Positions 21,094 to 31,307 of a stretch of DNA of 64,000 nucleotides are shown here, in pieces (position 1 is the first letter of the stretch; each line of letters opens with the position of its first letter). The stretch is from an uncultured Nitrososphaerales archaeon (GTDB lineage Archaea; Thermoproteota; Nitrososphaeria; Nitrososphaerales; Nitrososphaeraceae), in contig CAWJCY010000012.1 of assembly GCA_963841565.1 (NCBI GenBank), positions 32,001 to 96,000 of the forward strand. Reading direction: 5' to 3'. Position numbers and translations under genes: made by a program. The notes under the pieces were generated by a model. The model was given only the letters and a program-made list of their open reading frames with translations. It made no database searches and was not told the origin of the DNA.

Positions 21094-22299
21094 CTAAGGA
21101 CGCGACCACCCAATACCTGCAGGAATGTTCTCGAACCCGGATATTCCCAACAGTGCGACCCATGCAGTGAACACAAAGGGTCCGGTCAACGCAGGCAGGC
21201 CCCACGTACCAAAGAATCGCTGCAAGGCAGGCATCACGAAGAGCGAGCAAGCCACAGTCATGAAGACAGCGATGAGGAAGGACTGCCAAGTGAGCGGCAG
21301 GAAGCTAGTCAGAGCTATCATGACCAAAACTTGGTTAAACCCGTGAAGGCCTAATCTAATTTCGGCAGTAGGTATTTTTGTTAGAATTGCACACGCCGCT
21401 CCTATAGCTGAACCGACAAGAGCCATTACTCCACCCAGATACAGGGGAGACAAAGGATTCCATCCTGCTGTGAAGCCATTAGTCCACCAAGGACGATCTT
21501 GATTCATCGGGTCTCCATTGATGTCTACAAGGGGAGCAAGTTCAAATGCTAACGTAAGCCCTACAACCCAGAAAACACCTGTCTTCCAGTTCGAAACAAA
21601 CGTAACTTGAGAGACTCCCTTTAAGGTCGCAACCGTGAATTCTTTAGCCGTCCACTTAAAGTCCTCCCTGGTGTCGGGATTACTACTAGCTGCAAGAAGC
21701 TTCGGAGAAGTTGGCGGCGGTGGCGGACCAGGCCATATATCACGCCCATATCTTTGGGAAGCGTACATCATGGCCCAAGTCGTGAATATGAATGATGAAG
21801 TAAAGCCAGGAATAGCCCATGAGTTAGATGTACACGCTGCATCAGGAGGGCCAACACATACGCTGAACATATCTCCCATCAAATGGGAAAACGCCATCCA
21901 TACTATTGCAGTGGCAGCGGCTCCATAGATAGAGAGCCAAAATGTGGCTTTATTTGTCTTAGTAAATGGACCTGACCAGAAGGCCATACCAGTCAAGATT
22001 GAGTTGTAACCGAAGAGACCGAACGTAACAAGTCCGTAAGGTGCCCCAAGCAGGATAGCCATCCCTGCTCCAACAAGACCCGATATTACCATCATTGCTC
22101 CCGCGTATCTTGATGCAATGATAACACCGGCCAGGATCAGGATTCCATTCACTGGAGAGCTGAACAAAGGAACTTCACTTATGCCATTAAATAGCGTGTA
22201 AAAGAAATCTAGTGCAGGATTTCCGGTAGAGTAGTCAGCAGGACCTGCTATTTGAAGTGTTACCACAGAAAATAATAATGCCTCTAATGCGCCTATCAA
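21094..22299 (-). CDS. UT-family (Yut/SLC14) urea channel
   Basis: Two-fold internal repeat GISEV/GVSQV, GLFGYNSIL/GLHGFNQVL, LPALTGPFV; next to urease. Confidence 0.92.
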   Translation of the reverse strand: MIGALEALLFSVVTLQIAGPADYSTGNPALDFFYTLFNGISEVPLFSSPVNGILILAGVIIASRYAGAMMVISGLVGAGMAILLGAPYGLVTFGLFGYNSILTGMAFWSGPFTKTNKATFWLSIYGAAATAIVWMAFSHLMGDMFSVCVGPPDAACTSNSWAIPGFTSSFIFTTWAMMYASQRYGRDIWPGPPPPPTSPKLLAASSNPDTREDFKWTAKEFTVATLKGVSQVTFVSNWKTGVFWVVGLTLAFELAPLVDINGDPMNQDRPWWTNGFTAGWNPLSPLYLGGVMALVGSAIGAACAILTKIPTAEIRLGLHGFNQVLVMIALTSFLPLTWQSFLIAVFMTVACSLFVMPALQRFFGTWGLPALTGPFVFTAWVALLGISGFENIPAGIGWSRP

Positions 22300-22551
22300 A
22301 CTAGATTGTAATTGTAAAGGTATTTTTTAACAATTTGTGCAGTAATGGTATTTATTAAGGCTGTTACCAAGAAAAGGCAACCCAATAGATTACACCTTCT
22401 CTCAAGTTTCGTTATGAAAAGAGTGATCGATGTATGCAAAGGATTCCAAAGCCGGTTGAAAAGGAGACCTTGGGAATAATTCCTAGCTCAGTGTGCCGAC
22501 GTCGACTAAACCGACACCAATGTCAGGATGTGACTCGCTCGTATACACGAG

Positions 22552-23696
22552 TCACTTAATCAGCATCGTAGGTCTGGACGTCAAACGCAGGACTTTACCA
22601 GTTACATGGCCTACATTTGCATCTGTCCTTCCCAAGCCTTTTGTTCCCATTATGATAATATCTACCTCAAGTTTATCGGCCATTTCTGCAATTTTAATTG
22701 CAGGATCTCAAGAGTGACTATTCTTTCACAATCAGGGTTCCTTGATAATAGTGCCACACTTCGCAACATTTTTCTTCCCTCTTGTTCCATTTGAGATACC
22801 AAGTCTTCATCGACAGATTCATCCTCCTCATCACTCCACTCCATAACGTGCAACATGTAAATTTTTGACCTGGAATCAGAGGTGAATAAAATACTTGTAT
22901 AACTTCGCCCGTAGGGATGCTAAGAATCCATCTACTGCGAAAAGAATTTTTTTGGATTGCAATATACCATGTCCCTCATATGCATTACGAAGGTTGGAAT
23001 CATTTTGCTGAAGGGGTATCTCCCTTCTTCCTTGTCCTATTGAGGCGGAGGCGCCAGCGATTTTCTTGAATACCTGGATTATACCTGCTCTAGATTCTAT
23101 AAGTGGTAACAACATAATAACACATGCGGCTATACTCGTCCACGCAAACCTACCCGCAAGCCAACCCAGAGCGAATAGACAAACAATGAGAATACATATC
23201 CTGAAAAAGAGAGTGGAAGAGGCCATACTACCACGAGTACAAGAGAGAGCTATCGCATAACGATAGGTAAATCTGGCATCTCGCTTAAGTTGGTTGTGGA
23301 TAGTATCCTTTTCTATGATGGATCTGATCCTGTCGTCGACCACGGATCTTGTGCTTCATCAGATCAAAGTTGAAGTTTTGTGGCTTGATTAAATATGCCA
23401 AAGAGAACCATCTGAATGCTAGCACCGGCAGCATACCAAAATGGACCACTAATGCCGAATTGAAATGCTACAGTAGAAGATTGAAAAAGGGTAGCTGCCA
23501 CGTCCATGCAGAGACTAAAGGAGCTGCTATAAGTCCAGTCATTACATTTCGACCTGCCGTGTAAAACCACTCGAATGTTTTTCTTGTTCCAAGCCATTTG
23601 TGTCCGACCCTTACTAACAAAGTAACGGCAATTGCCATTACTAAGCCAACACCGAGGAGTATGATGTATCCGATACCCTCAGAATGGCGAGGCCAA
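22552..23696 (-). pseudogene. dur3: DUR3-type urea:solute symporter with C-terminal USP domain, internally deleted and multiply frameshifted
   Basis: N-terminal SEGIGYIILLGVGL..WFYTAGR..VSAWTW..QSSTVAFQFGISGPFWYAAGASIQ jumps near 23395 to LIKPQNFNFDLMK..LPLIESR. USP motifs follow: KKILFAVDG, DPAIKIAEMA..DIIIMGTKGLG..KVLR. Confidence 0.85.
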
Positions 23697-23718
23697 ATTA
23701 AAATTGCCAGAGCTGGAG

Positions 23719-23726
23719 TATATAAA
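23719..23726 (-). promoter_or_regulatory. TATA box of the dur3 pseudogene
   Basis: TTTATATA ~23 nt upstream of the TTG at 23696, leaderless archaeal spacing. Confidence 0.5.
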
Positions 23727-23877
23727 GGAATCTATAAAAAATAATGTATTCTCCGAAATTCGCTTCAAAATGAAAGAAATTGGCTACAGTGAAGAATGAT
23801 TTATGTTATTTGTGTATTATACATATATTAGAGATTATAGTTAATAACGGCTTTAGCATTCAAGGGCATTACCAATC

Positions 23878-24420
23878 TTGATGATTGACAATATTGATGA
23901 ACTCATACTTTCTGCTCTCTGTAAGGATTCCAAACAAGATATAAGAGAGATATGGGATTTCCTTCGAGATCATGGCTATAATTTAAGCGAAGATGAGATA
24001 GAGTCAAGAATTTTGAGATTAGAAGATGACAAAGTGATAACTGGTTACACCATTTCAGTGAATACGAAGAAGATTCATCGTCGAATTATCCGTGTTGAAT
24101 TGGTCAGATTCAAGTTTTCGCAGCATCTTGCAAGCAGGATTGAAGGGCTGAAGAAATACTTGACTGATGCACCCTTTGTCCTTTTCTCAGGGCGTACTCG
24201 AGGAGGATACGACTGGATTTGCGTACAATCTTTTCTTAATGAGGAAATGGCGGATGAAGAGAGCGATATATACCGTAACCTCTTTGGAGATATAATTCAG
24301 TCATATGAGGTATATGATTTTATTCCGATGAAGGAACCATCATATCATTCACTCACACATACCCCAGAAGAGTACAAGAGATTTCTTGATGAATGGATTC
24401 CTCCGTTCCTTGGGCGATAG
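23878..24420 (+). CDS. Lrp/AsnC-family transcriptional regulator
   Basis: IDNIDELILSAL..RILRLEDDKVITGYT wHTH; RTRGGYDW RAM domain. Confidence 0.85.
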   Translation: MMIDNIDELILSALCKDSKQDIREIWDFLRDHGYNLSEDEIESRILRLEDDKVITGYTISVNTKKIHRRIIRVELVRFKFSQHLASRIEGLKKYLTDAPFVLFSGRTRGGYDWICVQSFLNEEMADEESDIYRNLFGDIIQSYEVYDFIPMKEPSYHSLTHTPEEYKRFLDEWIPPFLGR

Positions 24421-24445
24421 TTAAGAACTGTTCTGCTGCTCTCTG

Positions 24446-25351
24446 TTACAAATTCGGATCTTCTTTTCGAGTACATGCGTTTTTGTATCTAATTGTCTCA
24501 TCAATTAAGGAATGAATTCTAAGTCTGGTCCCCATTAGAAAGCTAACTATCTCCGCTCGTTCAGCAGGTTCAACAGTCGAATGAACTTCGTCAATGAGGT
24601 TATCAATCCGCGCTAAAGTGATACGAAGGGCCAAGGTAGTCTTTTTTGTAAGTTTCAACATGTGTGATTTCCTGTTTAGTGCTCTCGGGGGTATCTGACT
24701 GAACTGATCGGTCCCGGAACTTTCGGCAATGGTTTTAGTTTTCATCAGCGATTTCATTTCCCTAATTTGTCTTACTGTCAGATCGCTTGAATCAATTTGT
24801 TGCACAATCATGTTCTGCTTCTCAGAAGAGATGCTCGTCAGCTCCAATGCTGAGCTCACATTAAGACGGTTTTCGATTACATGTTGTTTTACCTCTTCTG
24901 GAAGTTTTAGGAGTTGGATCCGGTGCGACACATATTCTTCGCTCTTTCCAATTTTTGCCGCCAGCTCAGTAACTCCTCCCCACCCAAAATCAACGACGTA
25001 TCTTCGGAACGCCTCTGCCTCCTCTATTGGATCCATAGATTTTCTTTGCATATTCTCAGTTAACTGAATTTCATATGCCTCCTTATCAGCCAGTTCTCTA
25101 ATTTTACAAGGAATGAATCGCCAACGGAGAGATCTGCAAGCATGAAATCTTCGATGACCTGCAACTATTTCAAAACCATGAGAGAGGGGTCGAATCAAAA
25201 TCGGTTGCAAGAGACCGTGTTCTCTAATGCTTGCAATTAGACAATGATCGTCATCTGACATACGCTGAAATCGATCACGCACGGCAAATTGAGAAGATCT
25301 TATCATTTTCATTTCAATTTGTTCGACAATGCTTGTGTCGAAAAATTCCAT
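24446..25351 (-). CDS. ParB/Spo0J-family protein
   Basis: SIREHGLLQPI, IVAGHRR, ENMQR..MDPIEEA, HTH ELAAKIGKSEEYVS. Confidence 0.92.
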   Translation of the reverse strand: MEFFDTSIVEQIEMKMIRSSQFAVRDRFQRMSDDDHCLIASIREHGLLQPILIRPLSHGFEIVAGHRRFHACRSLRWRFIPCKIRELADKEAYEIQLTENMQRKSMDPIEEAEAFRRYVVDFGWGGVTELAAKIGKSEEYVSHRIQLLKLPEEVKQHVIENRLNVSSALELTSISSEKQNMIVQQIDSSDLTVRQIREMKSLMKTKTIAESSGTDQFSQIPPRALNRKSHMLKLTKKTTLALRITLARIDNLIDEVHSTVEPAERAEIVSFLMGTRLRIHSLIDETIRYKNACTRKEDPNL

Positions 25352-25565
25352 AGGAAAAAGTGGAAGTATTAGTACTTATGGTTTACTAATGTTTAGCAAG
25401 TTGAACCCTTTGGTACTCCTATTGTTACATCCGGAAAATTTGGTATAGTTTAAATAATAATTGGGTTGTCAGTTGTCAGCTTAGCCGACAATCCCTCATG
25501 ATCTTCAAAGCAGTAGATTAGTGTCGGCACAGGGATAATAAAGTAGATTCATGAATACAGGATAG

Positions 25566-26258
25566 ATGACAAAACCTATCCTAAGCCTCCAAAATATTCC
25601 ATGTGAGACTCTAGGTAACTTTGAGGGTTTATTTTTAAATGACGGATTCGATATTGAAAAAGTTAACACCAGGAAACACAGAGTTCCAAGTGATCCAACT
25701 CAATACAGTGCAATAGTAATTCTAGGCGGTCCCATGTCAGTTTATGAAAACAGCGACTTCATAAAGGACCAAATCAGTCTCACACAAATAGCCGGTAAGA
25801 AGAAGACACCTTTGCTCGGAATATGCTTAGGGTCACAAATTATCGCGCAATCATCTGGGGGAACGGTATTCAAAGGACCAACAAAGGAAATTGGCTGGTA
25901 TAAGATTATGATTGAAAGTTCTGGAAGCGAGGAATTATTTTCTGGATTTGACAATTCTACGCCAACTGTTTTTCAGTGGCATGGGGATACTTACTCTCTT
26001 CCTAAAACGGCAAGAATTTTGGCTCGTTCTGATATGTATCCACAGGCCTTTGCTATAGGATCTCTAATTGGTATTCAATTCCATTTGGAGGTAACCGAAA
26101 AAATGATTCAGTCTTGGTTAAGAAATTACAAGTCAGAAGTAGTTTCTGAGAAAATCGATATGCGAAAAATGATAAAGGAATCCGCAGTTTATATTAATGA
26201 ATTGGAAAGGCAATGCAGTCTAGTGTATTCAAATTTTTGCGCCAAGTTTTCTCTGTAG
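25566..26258 (+). CDS. Type 1 glutamine amidotransferase (stand-alone)
   Basis: GGPMSV, LGICLGSQ, QWHGD, QFHLE. Confidence 0.92.
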   Translation: MTKPILSLQNIPCETLGNFEGLFLNDGFDIEKVNTRKHRVPSDPTQYSAIVILGGPMSVYENSDFIKDQISLTQIAGKKKTPLLGICLGSQIIAQSSGGTVFKGPTKEIGWYKIMIESSGSEELFSGFDNSTPTVFQWHGDTYSLPKTARILARSDMYPQAFAIGSLIGIQFHLEVTEKMIQSWLRNYKSEVVSEKIDMRKMIKESAVYINELERQCSLVYSNFCAKFSL

Positions 26259-26411
26259 GGGTTGATTTCAGAAATAGATCTACACAACCTCTGTTGGTAC
26301 AGGTATCATCGCCAAATGATTGTGTTGTTCTCGTTAGAACATTATAAGGAGATCGTAGGACCCCTACCTCGTCGCAATTTCATACAGGCTAAGCAGAGGA
26401 GCTGCGATGAA

Positions 26412-27449
26412 TCATGATCTCTCGTGTAGTGCAGCGTAGATAAACGGTAGTAAAGTAGTAGCTTCTCCGTGGATCGTGACACGAGATGCTTTTGAGGTTA
26501 TCTTTCCCCATGATACAGCTTCTTCAACCAAGGCTCCACTTAGACTCCCGTCCCATTCTGGACTGGTAGTCAAATATACTGCGTAATCCAATCCCCCTTT
26601 AAATTGATTCCACCAAAGGGTATGATGTTTCGAAATACCTCCCCCAATCATGAATGCACCAGTTCGCTTGGCATCGTAAACAATGTCGGAAATGGTGTCC
26701 TGATCTTTAAGAAGATCAAGGCCAAAATCTCGGTGTTCCTGGTGGAATAACCAGAGCTGGCTACCTACAGCTCCATCGACAATGCCAGGAACTATTACAG
26801 GTATGCGGTGCTTATTGGCCCAATAAAGAAACGATGAATCATTTAACTTGCTACCTATGAAATCCAAGATTTCGGAGGGTGCAATAAATTTTTTATTATG
26901 GTCAAAATACAACTCTTCTAAACATGCTCTGACTTTCTTTTCAATAACGGTTCCGTAGTTTGCAAAAGGTATTAGCACATTGCCCAACCTATGGATACCC
27001 ACTTTCAAGAGAGAAGAGTCGTTTAGCCTGAAATCTCCGGCATAATAATTCGCAGAGGTTCGTGCTATATCGTGATCCAGAGCACCACAGGTTGTTACAA
27101 TGCAATCAAAAGCGTGTTCTTTTATCAACTCGCGTATTATTCCTCTGGTACCTGTAGAAATAATTGCACCCACGAAGGAGAGAAACTTTAAGCAGTCTCC
27201 ATCACTGCTCATAGATTTCAGGATTTCGACGCCATGTGCGAGGTTAACTGCCTCGAATCCTCCTGAATTCATCATTCCATTTATCAATTTGGACGTTTCT
27301 GAATAGTTAGATGGGTCATAGTCGCGTATGGGTTTCCTTAACAGGTCATTCGAAGACCTTTTACGGGGCTTGGTGCCTTTTGGGTTTAGTCGAGAACCAA
27401 TTCTTATCTTGGAACGATTTATCTTACTTGCGCTCCCCACGCTTCTCAT
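26412..27449 (-). CDS. dys: Deoxyhypusine synthase
   Basis: GGGISKHH, DGSLSGA..EAVSWGK with the catalytic Lys. The true start may be downstream of the basic N-terminus. Confidence 0.9.
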   Translation of the reverse strand: MRSVGSASKINRSKIRIGSRLNPKGTKPRKRSSNDLLRKPIRDYDPSNYSETSKLINGMMNSGGFEAVNLAHGVEILKSMSSDGDCLKFLSFVGAIISTGTRGIIRELIKEHAFDCIVTTCGALDHDIARTSANYYAGDFRLNDSSLLKVGIHRLGNVLIPFANYGTVIEKKVRACLEELYFDHNKKFIAPSEILDFIGSKLNDSSFLYWANKHRIPVIVPGIVDGAVGSQLWLFHQEHRDFGLDLLKDQDTISDIVYDAKRTGAFMIGGGISKHHTLWWNQFKGGLDYAVYLTTSPEWDGSLSGALVEEAVSWGKITSKASRVTIHGEATTLLPFIYAALHERS

Positions 27450-27654
27450 TAATTTAGAGGTATAAAATACCTTTCATGAAATCAATTTTATTGCAACTAA
27501 TAATAATAACAATAACAAATACAGGCTTTTAAGTCGGCATACTCAGTGGCTCTCCCGTTAAACGAGAAAGGCAATATGGATGTTAGTATTTTGAAGTGGT
27601 GGGCGATACTAGTCTGGATTGACCAGATGAGCATATAGTTTCAGAGCCTACTTT

Positions 27655-28005
27655 CTAGTCTCTTCGTGTTGGACCCGCTGTAGAAGGTTCTGTAACATGG
27701 AGTTCATTGAGGACCTTTACAACACCCTCTATCTTCCAAATTTCTTCCCCAATCCGGCGCTTTTGTTCATAGGTTTGTACTGAACCTGTGATGGATACTA
27801 TTTGGTCCACAACATTGATAACGACCTTGCTTGTATCAATTTGAGATATTTTTTTTAATTTAGATGATACAAGTGTGCGGAGCTCCTCGTCAGTCTTTCT
27901 TCCAGGAGGTTCTTCTTTAGAAGTATAAGGAAAGCTGCCTGCCCAGTTGAAACTACCCTCGGCTTTGTGTTGCTCGTTGTCGTCACTGGAATTGGAATCA
28001 TGCAT
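27655..28005 (-). CDS. BON-domain protein
   Basis: TDEELRTLV..V.V.DQIVSITGSV..IEGVVKVLNELHV. Confidence 0.85.
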   Translation of the reverse strand: MHDSNSSDDNEQHKAEGSFNWAGSFPYTSKEEPPGRKTDEELRTLVSSKLKKISQIDTSKVVINVVDQIVSITGSVQTYEQKRRIGEEIWKIEGVVKVLNELHVTEPSTAGPTRRD

Positions 28006-28128
28006 ATTCTGAACAATACGTTCGATATTTTTAAGCGTTCCCGAACCCGCATCACATCATACAGATATTTGTAAATCTTGTGTCTTGGCACATACATTTT
28101 AAAGTGATTATCATGACACCTTAAGGAA

Positions 28129-29226
28129 GTGAACAGATTTCACAACTTTTCTGGGCGTAAAATAGACCCTCCTTCTATTTCAAGCAATATGGGCGTTCGC
28201 GATTTAGTAGAATATTTCGGAGCAACAGGTTTCAACGCTCGTCGACTCCATGAGGCTTTACAGATCACAAAGCGGATGATGGATGATGGAGCGTGTGTTT
28301 GCTTGACACTATCAGGTGCGCTCGCTCCAATTGGACTGGGCAGAGCGATTTCGGTTTTGATAGAGCATGGGTTTATAGACTGGATTGTTTCTACGGGCGC
28401 AAATGTTTACCATGATCTTCACTTTGCCTACGATCTACCCGTAAGACAAGGATATTTCGATGTGGACGACAATATTCTATATTCAAAACAAATTGTGCGG
28501 ATCTATGACGTATTTATCAAGGAGATTGGAACACTGCAGAAACAAGACGAGATCATCAAATCTGCAATAGATATGGATAGGCAAAATCTGCCTGACAATT
28601 CATCAACAGCCGACTTGTGCAATATTTTAGGGAAGTCGGCGAAAAAAAACTCAGCACATCCTGAAAAATCTTTCACTGTGTGCGCGTACGAAAATGACGT
28701 GCCGATTTACTTGCCTGCTATAGCTGATTCTTCGATTGGACTAAATATGCTTCCTCTTCTCCTTGAAGACAAACCAATTAGCCTTAACGTTATATTGGAC
28801 GTCGCTGAATCAGCGGCTATTCTTTGGAAGAATAAGAAATCTGGAGGAATTGAATTAGGAGGAGGTGTTCCAAAGAACTTTTTCCAACAGACCGGCCCCG
28901 CTCTGTTTCAAATTCTTAAGTTGAAAGAAGGGGGACAGGACTATCTCGTCCAATTCACAGATGCTCGTCCCGATACTGGAGGCTTGTCTGGCGCTACACT
29001 ACAAGAAGGCAAAAGTTGGGGGAAAATCAAGTCAGCACATGAGGGAAACGTGATAGTTTATGGAGATTCATCAGTTTATTTTCCCATCTTGGCTGCATTC
29101 ATTATGTCCGAGTGTAAGCCTCGTGAGCGAAAGAAGTTATTTAAAACTAAAAATGCATGGGTAGATGAGATGAAGCTAGCGTATCTTCAAAGCAGCAGCA
29201 AACATAAGCGAACTAGAGTTCATTAA
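28129..29226 (+). CDS. DHS-like protein (homospermidine-synthase-like paralogue)
   Basis: STGANVYHDLH, GGGVPKNF, DARPDTGGLSGAT.QEGKSWGK. Confidence 0.85.
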   Translation: MNRFHNFSGRKIDPPSISSNMGVRDLVEYFGATGFNARRLHEALQITKRMMDDGACVCLTLSGALAPIGLGRAISVLIEHGFIDWIVSTGANVYHDLHFAYDLPVRQGYFDVDDNILYSKQIVRIYDVFIKEIGTLQKQDEIIKSAIDMDRQNLPDNSSTADLCNILGKSAKKNSAHPEKSFTVCAYENDVPIYLPAIADSSIGLNMLPLLLEDKPISLNVILDVAESAAILWKNKKSGGIELGGGVPKNFFQQTGPALFQILKLKEGGQDYLVQFTDARPDTGGLSGATLQEGKSWGKIKSAHEGNVIVYGDSSVYFPILAAFIMSECKPRERKKLFKTKNAWVDEMKLAYLQSSSKHKRTRVH

Positions 29227-29297
29227 ACAATGATAAACGATCTCGTGGTATCAAGATATACCTTTGATTCCATAATCATATTGCTGGAAGAAGTGTC

Positions 29298-29765
29298 ATG
29301 AACAACAGCAAGAAAGATTTAAAATTCGAAGTAAGAGAAATTGAATTGGGCGACCTAAAAAAGGGATACTTCTCTACACTAAAGAATTTGTCTGAATTGG
29401 GAACCATCGAAGAGAGTATGGAAAAATCAGAACAGATATTAAATAATATTAGTGCAAACCCACTTCACAGGATATTTGTTGCGATAGACAAAGAGACCTC
29501 TGAGGTGATAGGTGCGACTACACTTCTAATTGAGCAGAAATTTATTCATAGCGGGGGAAAAGCTGGTCATATTGAGGACGTTGTAACACGCAAAGGTTTC
29601 CAGGGCCTGGGGATAGGCTCTGCGCTTATTAATCACGCATTGCATTTTGCAAGGACTGTTGGTTGCTATAAGGTCATATTGGACTGTTCCGATGCTAATA
29701 TCAGATTTTACCAGAAAACAGGTTTTAAGGTACATGAAACCTCCATGAGATACGATTTGCTTTGA
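29298..29765 (+). CDS. GNAT acetyltransferase, glucosamine-6-phosphate N-acetyltransferase-like
   Basis: EQKFIH.GG..GHIEDVV..FQGLGIG, GCYKVILDC. Confidence 0.88.
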   Translation: MNNSKKDLKFEVREIELGDLKKGYFSTLKNLSELGTIEESMEKSEQILNNISANPLHRIFVAIDKETSEVIGATTLLIEQKFIHSGGKAGHIEDVVTRKGFQGLGIGSALINHALHFARTVGCYKVILDCSDANIRFYQKTGFKVHETSMRYDLL

Positions 29766-29878
29766 ATCTCGGACTTATTAATTTGCATGAGTCACATTTG
29801 TAAGACCAGCGTTTGTAAATCTCCATCTCTGCCTTCTACTCTGATGACTGCATTGCGATTAATAGGAACAGCCCACTT

Positions 29879-30376
29879 TTATTGTTCGCTTAGTTTGTCT
29901 ATTAAGGGTTTTAATTGCCATATGTCTCTATTACCGATAAGGTCGACAATTTCGATATTAGTCCTGAAGTATGAAATCACTTCTTTGGTTGATTTTAGTG
30001 TAGGATTACTCCCTCTTGCACCTATTATATATCCGTCTTCTCTTGTTCCGTGGTTGTAGAGCGAAATCAGGGCTTGTCCAGGAAGATGTCCCTTGACATC
30101 TTTTCCACATAAAATCAAATACCTCAATCGAGGGTAATTTTGAACGGTTTCAAGAATATTATCAATTCCTCGATTTTCTGAGAGAAGCCTACCGACAAGA
30201 AAAATCTTGTGCATAATATCCTTACTGGAGATAATTTCTTTAAGAAGACTCATGTCTGAGAGTGTGCAAATGGCAAGCGTTTTGCCGTTTCCCATCTCAT
30301 ACGATAATCGTATAGGAAGAACGAACTCGCATATTTTGCCCGCAACCGTGTGTAAGCAATACAGTGTTTTCTTCAT
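29879..30376 (-). CDS. Stand-alone MtrA-like (corrinoid-binding) domain protein
   Basis: AICTLS, G.LLSENRGID, P.LRYLILCG.DVKGHLPGQAL..L..HG...G.IIGARGSNP.L. Confidence 0.85.
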   Translation of the reverse strand: MKKTLYCLHTVAGKICEFVLPIRLSYEMGNGKTLAICTLSDMSLLKEIISSKDIMHKIFLVGRLLSENRGIDNILETVQNYPRLRYLILCGKDVKGHLPGQALISLYNHGTREDGYIIGARGSNPTLKSTKEVISYFRTNIEIVDLIGNRDIWQLKPLIDKLSEQ

Positions 30377-30538
30377 GAATCAGTTATCTGCAATAATATG
30401 CAATTGATGTAGTATATTCTTTATGAGCAGGTGGGCCCACAAAGAGAAGAATCCGATCAATCAAAACAAGGATGAGCAAAATCGTGCCGCTGACATCAAA
30501 TATATAACAATCCCGTCGAGTACGGATAACAAACTCCT

Positions 30539-31077
30539 ATGACAGAAGAAGAAGAAGGAATAGTTGTGATCTTTACTGGAAAGGGGAAGGGAAAGACAAG
30601 CGCAGCGCTAGGGATTGTACTGCGATCAGTCGGACATGGTCAGCGGGTAGCCATGATTCAATTCATCAAAGGGGAATGGTATTACGGAGAGCTAACAAGC
30701 TCAAAAAGGCTCGAACCAGAATTTGACATGGTAGTATCAGGTAGGGGATTTGTTGGGATTATCGATGATGATCTTCCTTTGGAAGAGCATCAAGCGGCTG
30801 AAAGCTAGCCGTTGATATTGCAAAGAAGAAGGTTAGCTCTGGCGATTACGATTTGGTGATCCTAGATGAAATTAATTATGCTTTGAAGCTAAAGCTCATC
30901 GTTATCGAAGACGCCATTGATCTTTTGAAATGCAAGGCTAGAAGGACCTCAGTTATCCTGACAGGAAACTATGCACCAACAAGGTTAGTAGAACTTGCTG
31001 ACATGGTCACAGAAATGAAAGAAATAAAGCATCCATTTAGAAAGGGGGTAATGGCTATGAAGGGTATTGACTACTAG
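30539..31077 (+). CDS. cobO: Cob(I)alamin adenosyltransferase, split by a 1-nt frameshift near 30802
   Basis: TGKGKGKTSAALG, QFIKG; second frame LVILDEIN, LTG, EMKEIKHPF.KG..A.KGIDY. Confidence 0.92.
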
Positions 31078-31307
31078 GTTTTGGCCCTTCGATTAGGCGC
31101 ATCTTCGGGCCCGAACACGAACTTTACTTTGACGTAGTGCAAGTGTCATTAGCCCCACCCTCACTAAATCCATTGTCGGTAAACCAAAACTTCGATTAAA
31201 TTAAAACTGCAGAATGCATTAATTGATCCTAATTATTGTTCAAATCACGCTGTAGGTGGTCTAATGGCAACGTTAAAGTAGCCGATATGTGGCGTTTACC
31301 GTTATAA

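Noticed and set aside
29879-30376. Methanogenesis capacity
   Set aside because: Single soluble MtrA-like domain; no other mtr or mcr genes in the window.
31082-31180. Possible RNase P, SRP or tRNA gene in a GC-richer stretch after cobO
   Set aside because: Only a short GGCCC/GGGCC stem; no diagnostic motifs or cloverleaf.
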